DNA of 37,680 nucleotides from Bipalium vagum (Eukaryota): NCBI GenBank assembly GCA_037834085.1, contig JBBMKC010129656.1, positions 151 to 37,830 of the forward strand, read 5' to 3'. Shown piece by piece: positions 29,601 to 37,680 of this stretch (position 1 is its first letter; each line of letters starts with the position of its first letter). The notes under the pieces were generated by a model. It saw only the letters and a program-made list of their open reading frames with translations, ran no database searches and was not told where the DNA came from. The position numbers and the translations under genes were made by a program.

Positions 29601-30720
29601 TTAATTAATTTTTTTGAATAATTTTTATATTAAAATATATAATTTCGAAATGACTCTTGATAATTTATCAACCGATATAAATGTAACTAACACATAATTT
29701 TTGAAGATTGCTGTGTTGTTTTGTGGCTCTAAAATTGTAATCTGTAAGTTATTTACTTCAAGATCGATTTTAGACTGTTTTGCAAAATGAATAAGAGCAA
29801 ATTTTTTTTCAAAAATTATGAACGTCTTTAAAATTTTCTGTATGCCAGAAAAAGCGTGACATCTACCAAGTACTAAAAGCTAATTATAATATCGCGTCGA
29901 GGAATAAGAAATTTCGTATTTTGGTAATATACTTATATCAACACCAAAAAAGATTTTTGAATTTCAATCAACAATATATCCATCGGAATGGACAACTCGG
30001 GACTATCTCTGTGATAGTGCGTCAATGTCTGTGTGATAAAATTCAGGTTTCTTTGAATAGGAAAAGCCCGAGATGACTTCTTTGAACTGGAAGAGAGAGC
30101 GTGCAGTGTCGAATATGCACCTTTGTGAAATCCAAAATTTTACACTAGACATTTTAAAGAATTTAGAATAAATTTAATAAACATTACGCCTTCATAAATG
30201 AAATAAAAGGATTACAAGTTACTTATATTAATTAAACAAAGTTATAAATATGATATTAAAATACGCAATTACTTATTCTTTAACCTGATAATAAAAATAA
30301 TAAAATAATATTCAAGATAATAATATTAGATGTCCAAATACGTTATTTTAATAATATTATTAATTATTATTATTATCATTTTAACCCTTAAACTTTTTTC
30401 AGTTTGGAAAGTAATTGTGGAGAAATGAACGATGACATCAGGAACAACATTAAAAAATTATTTGCAGGATATAAAGTGAAACAGATAAATTTGGTAAATG
30501 ATAATATTTGTCTTTTCCCGTTCCTTAGGTGTTCGGATTCCCAATCAATTTGCCCTACATGGAAATTTCCGATGTCCTGGCCCGAGTTGAAGCAACTGGA
30601 ATTCATTTAACTGCAGACCCCCGGGTCGAATTTTCTATAGCCGTATATATCAAGCCCTACGCAAACACAGTTCTGTCCATATGGATTTATGTCACTGCTT
30701 TATTTAGAAATGTTAATTAA
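8426..30720 (+). CDS. CC2D2A: Coiled-coil and C2 domain-containing protein 2A (MKS6), ciliary transition-zone protein
   Basis: Approximate exons: 8426-8437, 8487-8531, 8580-8660, 8704-8950, 9394-9498, 9548-9634, 11242-11283, 11335-11499, 11551-11725, 11777-11904, 11989-12117, 12183-12389, 12446-12502, 13573-13640, 13709-13849, 13899-14055, 14112-14207, 14260-14453, 14502-14594, 17297-17381, 17434-17567, 17618-17802, 17900-18041, 21361-21577, 21625-21717, 21775-21862, ~23960-24127, 25614-25721, 25785-25971, 26017-26150, 27616-27813, 27868-27953, 28194-28454, 28506-28781, 30403-30475, 30529-30720. Family motifs LEDEGLYVG, WFGEDGRI..LPDPLK, FIHHHLFSFEHVLA, LDPNDPRDA, WLGCLEIPFNTIYLN, GDEDEHAVLLCNYF, GEAIPEGSTAYVLT and C-terminal GFPINLPY..VEFSIAVYIKPYANTVLSIWIYV. 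The 5' exons before 11335 are less certain. Confidence 0.93.
12690..13340 (+). mobile_element. Degenerate mariner transposon fragment (CC2D2A intron)
   Basis: PKSDIHQKKVMLCDWW (mariner xHxKKVMLCxWW) at about 12875-12925 and QQDNAR at about 13062-13080; many stops and frameshifts. Confidence 0.75.
14745..16064 (+). mobile_element. Full-length maT-family (DD37D) Tc1/mariner transposon with disrupted transposase
   Basis: TIRs ACGGGTAGCCAATAAAGAATGATCAATT (from 14745) and the reverse complement of ACAGGTGGCCAATAAAGAATGATAATT (ending 16064), TA at 14743-44 and 16065-66. Transposase about 14902-15953 with GRPR, IMFSNEK, KVMVWVG, QQDGAGCH..WPPNSPDLSPLDY (37 residues between D2 and D3). Frameshifts present; first catalytic D is N. 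Confidence 0.93.
16200..17122 (-). mobile_element. Degenerate mariner transposon
   Basis: RVPLALTKENKLQRI (WVPHEL-like), IVHHEFL, SPIDYHLF; TIR-like TACTAGGTTTTGGGAAC on minus at about 17106-17122. Confidence 0.75.
18859..20756 (+). mobile_element. Degenerate Tc1 (DD34E) transposon interrupted by an LTR-like insertion
   Basis: N-terminus MARLSGDIRKIVIEKLKEGWSQRK..SDRKPK from about 18923; after 20115 WNDIIFTEE, KIGGNSLMVWSA, IFHQDRAPSH, WQAQSTDLSIIEPLW. Degenerate TIRs tataacattttactcatt and rc tacaactgtattactcatt. Confidence 0.85.
19240..20115 (-). mobile_element. Probable solo LTR of an LTR retrotransposon
   Basis: Minus strand begins TGTTAGAGACC (20115) and ends TTACGACA (19240; alternative end GCGTAACA at 19212). 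TATATAAGG box at about 19807-19815, AATAAA at 19334-19339, noncoding, interrupts the Tc1 frame. No clean TSD found. Confidence 0.65.
21980..22620 (-). mobile_element. Highly degenerate mariner fragment
   Basis: Minus translation FVWMKNKGVV..KLGYEILRHS..IDFLFIGNLVNFLHKKF resembles mariner VWWDxKGVV..LGWEVLPHP..DxxLFxxLxxFL. Confidence 0.6.
23603..23643. repeat. (TAT)n microsatellite
   Basis: Pure tandem TAT run. Confidence 0.9.
24800..25565 (-). mobile_element. Degenerate mariner (DD34D-type) fragment
   Basis: ORF 25026-25271: GKSITAEVYC, ILLHNNTRPH, LETIDHPPYFLDLAPTDYCFF (mariner HDNARPH / HPPYSPDLAPxDY). TIR-like TATTAGGT at about 24799. Confidence 0.85.
29888..30125 (-). mobile_element. 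Mariner 3'-terminal fragment
   Basis: Minus strand SKKPEFYHTDIDALSQR*SRVVHSDGYIVD*, matching the mariner C-terminus FYxxGIxxLxxRWxxVVxxxGxY. Confidence 0.65.
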
Positions 30721-31539
30721 AATGAACCGTAAGGAAAAGTCATCGAATATAAAAAGCGTACTCCCCAACTGTGTAGCGTAGATTAATATTCTCTATAATG
30801 TTATTGATTTCCAGCGCTCCTGGTTTCAAAAGAGTTTTCAATATTTCTCTTTCATAAATCGATGTTTTTGAGTTGTAAACCATCTTGGGATCGTTGAGTT
30901 CTATTATAAAATATCACCAGCAAATTTACGAAAACCAGTTCGACTGTAAGATTTATATGGGGTTAATTTTTTTTGTGAGAAAGCTAATCTTTTGCACTAT
31001 ACCTTTATACACTATTTTTATTTTTGTATTATCATTTATTACTTTATTATCATTATGTTATTTTTACGGTAAGGTTTAATCTAAATTATAATTAAAATCA
31101 AAAATGAAAACTTTAATCATTGGTAGCGTAACAAATTCGACTCAAACTACAATACAATTTAAAAGTGATAGATTTTTTCTTTTTTATAGCCATCCTAAAA
31201 ATACAAGATTACCGAAGAATTTAACTTTCAAGTACATAACGTGCTGAGGAGATTTGTATAAAAAATTCTAATTAATACATTTGTAACGTGTATAGTGCTG
31301 TTTAAATTTTTATGATTTTGTTAATATTTTATTATTAATCAGCTACTCTTATTCTACTCTTCTATTTTGGTTAGGTTCTGCAATAATCATACTTGTAAAC
31401 AAAAATTATGTATAACAGCACTAAAATGTATTAACACCAAATGTAAAAATCAGGAAACTATCAAAATTAACCATAGAATACCTAAAAATCAATAATAAAC
31501 ACCTCTTGAATCAAAACAAATGAAATACTAATAAAAAGG

Positions 31540-32350
31540 ATAAAGAAATCGATCAAAGATGATTTAAAGTCAAGCCAATTAATGTAGTCGATATAAATCT
31601 GGAATATTTGCAAAATTATATTAAAAGACGATTATTTGAGTAATGGATGAAGATGGAAAACGAAAAATTTGGCGATCTGGATAAGAAATGGAAGTACCAA
31701 AGCGTCTACGTGTGTGTAGCGGTAAATAATGACTTATATTACAAATCCTATGTGCTTTGAAAGTGACATCTTTTGACATGAAGAGATAAACTCAACAAAT
31801 AAATGAAAGCATTAATCTTGTTGAATGAATTGAAGCACAAAAGCTGTGGTTTCATCAAATTCTTCTCTGATGAGGTTTGTATTCGAGACAGAAAATTTAA
31901 CCTCCAAAATGACTGGTGGATATGTTAACATAGTTCTGAAGTTCAAACTTCCATGCGCTCTTAATTTCCTACTTCAGTTATAGTCATAGGTGTATGGATC
32001 CATGAAGGCCACTAACTGTTACATCACTTTTATTGGTGTGTTAAAAGCACTTGTAGAAAAGTGGATGGACGAGATAACCGGTGGGATAAATATGTCTCCC
32101 TGGTAAGCTAGGAAAACACAAGAATATATTTATTGAAATTTGCAACTGTAGAGCCTCTCGATTGTTATCTATAGGGCATAGTTGAATCGTAAGTTAATTC
32201 AAAACCTCATAACACAATAAGATTTTACAGTATTCCATCATATGGGTAATAACTAAATTAGGCAGATATGAGATCAATGAGCATGTAGCGCATTCCGAGC
32301 CCAGTTTTTGGCAGTTGTGACCTCTAATTGTGATCAAATCTATTAATCTT
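31540..32350 (+). mobile_element. Highly degenerate maT-like transposase relic
   Basis: KFFSDE..DRKFNLQNDWW, FPTSVIVIGV, PLDCYL*GIVES, CSAFRAQFLAVV resemble maT motifs FSDEKxF..NxQNDR, KFPxSVMV, PLDYxxWGxxE. Confidence 0.65.
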
Positions 32351-33184
32351 AAAATTGACATTTTCATTCTTATTGCTACTTTATATTGTAATAAAGTTCT
32401 TAGATTCGTCTTCTTATTAAGATTAAAATTTTCCGAATTCATCTGAGACCATGTAGTGAAAGTCGAAAAATACTCTCATATATAAAATAAATAAAAAACC
32501 AAAAAATGTATCTTAAAGGTAAAATAGTGTGGCCAATAAAATTTTTCAAAAAATATTCATTAAAAAAGTGAGCATACAAGTAGATTTTCAGTTTCATCTC
32601 GATATTTTGGTTGTAATTTTTAAAAATTTAACGCCCCTGTCAAATTTCATTAAAAATATGTTTAATCATAAAATCCTTTTTTTATTTTATGAGTTTTCGA
32701 GAAACGGTATTATAAAGAACGAGATTGGTGAAGACATAAATTAAGTTTAATCCTTCTAAAAAATAGTTTTTTCAAAACAGTAATACTTTTGGTTTTGTAA
32801 CTAATATTTTGTTTATTAAGTCAAGACAACCACTGAACCCGTGGTTTTCTATTCATAAAGTGTCACTTTTTTATGAAGAACATTTTGGAAGATTAAGTGA
32901 CGACTTTTGACACTTTATTTTTAAATCAGGTAATTAAAGCAATTAATTTTATGGAGAGATTAACCTTGTTTAAAAACCACCTGAAAAAGAAACATTATTA
33001 TTTTATTATTAATAAAAGAATTTTTTGTGTCTAAAATATTTCTAAATATTATGAGAATAATAAATTAACAAAAATATAAAATAATATAAATTTAAACAAA
33101 TTAATTTTAAAAAACAATAGAAAGACAATTAAAAAATCAATAAAACAATTTATTAATCAAATTAATTTAATAAATCAAATACGG

Positions 33185-34000
33185 CATTGGGATCTTTCTT
33201 AAGAAAATTTTGTCTCAAGTCCATTCGGCGAGGTAAGACTTCAGTACCGTTCCATATATTCCCTTCAAACATTATTTCTTGCTTTTTAATGTTTCCCAGA
33301 TATATTCAATGTGCACGGTATTGGTACTGGTCTATTTTTTCACAAAATTATGTTTGTGATTGACTGTGCGATGAGTAAAAATTGTATCCTTAGCCAATTG
33401 ACAATAGGCTTTCCACTCATCACTCATTGTACATGATCCTGTTCTAACCATGGTTATTATAATGAGTAACAAAGTGGCAGCACTTCTATTGTTGACTAAG
33501 ATCAAAAATAACATTTTTCTTAACCCTTTGATGACAACGTTTTTTAACTCATTAACGACAAGGTTTTATTTTAACCCACTGTCATTGGATTTTATCTTAC
33601 CCAAGTGGATTGAAAACCAAAAATTTTCAAAATTATGTTTACAATCTTTTATTTTTGTTTCGGTGTGTCGTATTGATTTTTCTAATATTTTATAATCTTC
33701 GATTCGCAAAATTATGTAATAGTAACTATTTATTATAATTTTTATAAGAATGTATAGGTCTGACCTCATTCTTTTATTTTCAACATTCTCTTCTCTTAAA
33801 TGGATACTTTTCATTCTCTGTAAACCTTTTCCTAATAATTTACAATTTTAATCGGTTGACACCACCAATTCCATTTATTTTCCCAAACCCTTCTACGACT
33901 ACCCTTCATATTATAAGACTGGAATTACTGATAAAGACGTTTAATCAAAAAATGTACAAAGACTGGATTACTTTTCGCTGTTAAAACAAGAAAATACTCT
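33185..34000 (-). mobile_element. Merlin (IS1595/ISXO2-like) DDE transposase relic
   Basis: LFLILVNNRSAATLLLII..VRTGSCTMSDEWKAYCQL..FTHRTVNHKHNFV..TNTVHIEYIWETLK..LKSYLAEW, matching the IS1595-type pattern SDxWxAY / HxxVNH / IExxW / YLxE. In-frame stops; TIRs not identified. Confidence 0.85.
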
Positions 34001-34048
34001 AACCCATAATAAGTCGATGAATTTTATATACAGAAAATAGTTTTTTTG

Positions 34049-34388
34049 TCAATTCCAATGGGGCGAATTATAAATTCGTATTCCTGATTGAAGCTGGTAC
34101 TGTCGGCACCACATTCCAGGAATAATCCAGGATACACATTTATCAATAGGTTCTTCCTTGAAACACTTCACTTTGATTAAATTAAAGAAAAACCGACCGA
34201 TTTCTTCAGAAGCTTGATTTTCAACCTCTTTGAGACACAAATAAAATCTGAATCAATAGAACATTAATTTGATAAGGGTATTTTTTCAAAATAGCTTAAA
34301 ATATTAAAAACCAAAAATCAATAAAATATGAGGTCTTAACAAAACAAGATTTTAATAACTCAATCATATCAAATTCTAAATTGATTTA

Positions 34389-34449
<61 letters not shown>

Positions 34450-37193
34450 TATTATTATTTTATATTTAATAAAAAATGATAAATTTAGAAATTAAGAATA
34501 ATTCTTCAATAAAAATTAATTAATTAAATAACTAAAGAAAAAAAATTATTTTAAAAAATAATTAATTAAAAAATAATAATAACGACGAAAGTTGTCATAT
34601 ATTGATTTTTGAAAGGTTCTTGATAACTATCAAAAGGTAAGAAAAGTATTTTGTTGGCGCTGTAGAAAAAATTGTTTAATTTTTAATGTGTAACAAAAGG
34701 AGAATCCACCAATCTTTCTTTTGCAAAAAAGTAATAAAACTCTTCGTTATTAAATTTATTTGAAGGATCTGAGAAGCCCAGAGTGAGGCTACAATATTTT
34801 TAATTCAACAAAACTCAAAACTACACGGTAAATTGGGATTTTAGAAATTGTTTTGTATTTTGAAAGCCTTTTTTGTGTTGCCATCAGTTTTTGTTAAACC
34901 CTTTCGAAATTATTCACAAAAGTATCACTAACGTATCATCGCAACTGCAATCCATTAGTGTATAGGAATAGGTGTTTTTATATCCCAGTTTTCTTTCTCC
35001 AGATCTCAAAAAGTTCGAACATCTGTCATGATCATGGCAACATTTATCAGTCTCAATTTCTTCTCCGAAGTCCGTTTCGTTCGCAGCAATATTTCCTGAA
35101 ATGATTGAGTAAATTTATTAGATTTATTTTGCGATATCTTTTTACTGTAAAATTCAATAATGACATTAACATTAAAAGGGATATTGTGCCCTCCTATAAT
35201 TCTACATCTTAACCATTCGACGAATATTTTCATATATGGACCCATTTTCATTTTTCTCGTCATTATCAGTTAGGACATCGAATTTGGCACGTAAATGTGA
35301 GCTTTGTCAATTAATTTATTAATTCCCACCAATCAGATTTGGTAATGCCCACTGATGTCACAGCACTGATGTAAATCATTGTTAAATTTAGCAACAATGA
35401 TAACATTACTTTTTCATAATGTGCACAAATAACACCTTAATGTCAACTTCAATTCAAATATTCCCCTGATGAAACTAATCAGATTTGGAAACAGGTGATA
35501 TTTACTATGAGCCGTCATTTTGCTAGCAGTTATTCATAAATTTTATTTTATTGTAAATAAATAATATTAGTTAATTTCAATTGATTAACTATTGTTATAA
35601 TCAATAAATATTGTGCAATTGTTACTCTTGAATGATTTGACTTCAAGATGGAATTGTTTATGCCTTGGAATTCATTTTACGCGTTTGATACTAAAATTTT
35701 CAACAGACTTGTAAATAATAATAGTTAATATTAACAATAACATGCCACTACTGATCCGCTTAATAATAATAATAATAGTAATAATAATAATAATAATAAT
35801 AATTCGTAGTAAAGAATTCCAAAAATAGCTGTAGGGTCGTGTCTGTAGTGTAAATTCAAAATGACGTACCAATGTAAACTTTGTGTATGAAAATAATAAT
35901 TAAAACGGTTTACACAACCATCATCATCATCGTCTGTCCTGTCAGTACGAACTTTTTAGGACGGACACCGTTATCATTACAGACTTTGCACATTGACATT
36001 TCCAATTTGGCATTAAAAGGAAAACAAGTTTGGTCGAGGTGACCAAGGGCCGGGAAATGAATAAATGTTAAAAGAACAAATAAATTAAGCTCAGTATTTA
36101 ATGAAAATTGGTAATGAGATTGCAGAATAATCCGTTCCGTTTTAGTATTTGAAAATATAATTAAAATATCTAAAAATAATTTTCCATATTAAATTCTTAA
36201 ATGTCTGAAGAAGACCCAATAATTAATTGGATATTGTACAATGTACTTTTGCATTAAATTTTAAATAAAAAATATATAAATAAAATAATTTTTTTATGAA
36301 ATATATTAATAAAAATACTTCAATATATATAAATAAAATTTTTTAATTTAAATATATATAAATAAAAATATTCTAATAAAAAATACATAACTAAAATTTT
36401 TTATAAAAAATATATTAATAAAAAAATATTTAAAATATTTCAATAAAAAATATCTTATTAAAAATATACATATTATTTTAAATGACGAATAGTCTTTTTT
36501 AATTTGTGCCAAAAATAGAAATCAATTATTATTTAACTGAAATAAGCTTTGTCAAAATCCGAAAGACCTCCATTTAATTTCAACGAGACACATTTCGGGT
36601 TTTGACAAAAGCAGAATGGCAATGCTGTCCCATGTTCATCATTACCTCAAAGCGTCCGTCCGAGAGGGTGGCCATATAATTAACTGTTTTAATGGGCATC
36701 GTCAATTGGGAGATTGTGAAATGTTAACCAACTGCGTCAGTCGATTCTTAAGGTCTATTACTTTTCTCATTTCACATCCGAAAATTCATTATTATTTTCC
36801 TTTTATTTATTTATTTATTTATTTTTATTATTATTATTATTTTTATTATTATTATTATTAGAAGTTAATGATAAGCTCGTGAATGTGAAATATGTGGACA
36901 TTTTTATTAGACAAAAAAATTCACACGACCAGAAAAAGAAATAAAATCTAAAAATCATTTTATATTGAAATATAAAAAATCGACAAGTTCAAAACTTTTA
37001 TTTTATTTTAATTTAATTTAATTTAATTTACTTAATAAAAGATTACTCGCGGATTAAGACTCTTTAAGCAAATGGCTTACCTACTCCACACCATTTTGTG
37101 CCGGGAAATATTCGATCTAAAACTGATCGCTTTTTTCTGTTGTCGTTGAAGAAACATTTCCTCATAGTTTTTCCGTTTTCCAGTAGAAACGAT
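34049..37193 (-). CDS. Group III (bee-venom-type) secreted phospholipase A2, 5' exon(s) unresolved
   Basis: Phase-consistent exons 37193-37081, 35095-34933, 34247-34049 give SFLLENGKTMRKCFFNDNRKKRSVLDRIFPGTKWCGVGNIAANETDFGEEIETDKCCHDHDRCSNFLRSGERKLGYKNTYSYTLMDCSCDDTFYLCLKEVENQASEEIGRFFFNLIKVKCFKEEPIDKC..PHWN*. Ca-loop PGTxWCGxG, catalytic DxCCxxHDxC, CxCDxxFxxCL. Confidence 0.93.
34392..34460. repeat. (TAT)n microsatellite in PLA2 intron
   Basis: Long tandem TAT run with one interruption. Confidence 0.9.
35452..35503 (+). ncRNA. Degenerate minimal type I hammerhead ribozyme-like motif
   Basis: aaatattccc-CTGATGA-aactaatcagatttg-GAAAC-ag-GT-gatattt; core boxes present and AAATAT/ATATTT could form stem I, but the cleavage triplet is broken. 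Confidence 0.35.
35761..35802. repeat. (TAA)n microsatellite
   Basis: Tandem TAA with one TAG variant. Confidence 0.85.
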
Positions 37194-37588
37194 CTGTAAA
37201 AAATATAATATTCGCGTAAAAACAAATCGATCATAAAGTGACAATCAAATTCGAATCGATCAAAAATCTCTCTTTAAAAAAAAATTTCAATTCTATTCAT
37301 AATAAAATTAATCTTTGACCCCTTTGAGAGCTTTGACACTTTGGCCATGATATTTTTATCAATTTCGGAATTAGTAAAAATAAAAATAATAATTTCGACT
37401 TTGGTCGATTGGGAAGTCAAAGTCCCGATGGATGATCAACAAGAAATTCGAAGTCATTCATTACATATACAAAATAAACGAACCGTAAACTTTTGACAAG
37501 CGAAAGTTTGATTAAAATTGAATTAAAAATTATATCGAAATTAAATAAAAACAGTATTAACGTGGAACATATTCAAATCAGAGAATAT

Positions 37589-37680
37589 ATTAAATTTTAT
37601 TTTTTTCATTAAATTTTATTTATTTCATTAAATTTTATTTATTTCATTAAATTTTATTTATTTCATTAAATTTTATTTAT
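37589..37680. repeat. 19-bp minisatellite (ATTAAATTTTATTTATTTC)n, continues past the window edge
   Basis: About 4.8 near-perfect tandem copies. Confidence 0.9.

Noticed and set aside
31868-31892. CTGATGAG..CGAGAC hammerhead-like string
   Set aside because: Explained by the FSDE codons of the maT transposase relic; GAAA box absent.
33566-33920. piggyBac-like N-terminus
   Set aside because: Lies directly upstream of the clear Merlin catalytic motifs and fits a Merlin N-terminal region better.
35006-35263. 85-aa minus ORF as a transposase N-terminus
   Set aside because: It is an alternative frame overlapping the PLA2 catalytic exon and intron.

Overview
AT-rich eukaryotic (animal-like, ciliated) genomic window with many short GT-AG introns (about 43-60 nt), read with the standard code. 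Four spliced genes can be reconstructed by hand: UDP-glucose pyrophosphorylase (UGP2-like, minus strand, runs off the left edge), 26S proteasome subunit RPN6/PSMD11 (plus), the ciliary transition-zone gene CC2D2A/MKS6 (plus, about 8.4-30.7 kb, about 37 exons), and a short bee-venom-type group III secreted phospholipase A2 (minus, 5' end unresolved, mostly missed by the ORF track). Introns and intergenic DNA carry decayed DNA transposons (several mariner DD34D-type, two maT DD37D-type, two Tc1, one Merlin/IS1595-like) and a probable solo LTR nested in a Tc1. The most unusual item is a ~1 kb rDNA piece (3' half of 18S plus probable ITS1) sitting inside a Tc1 transposase relic, flanked by a 4-bp GATT direct repeat; removing it rejoins the transposase-like frame. 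All calls come from manual motif recognition; no database searches were run and the organism is not identified.
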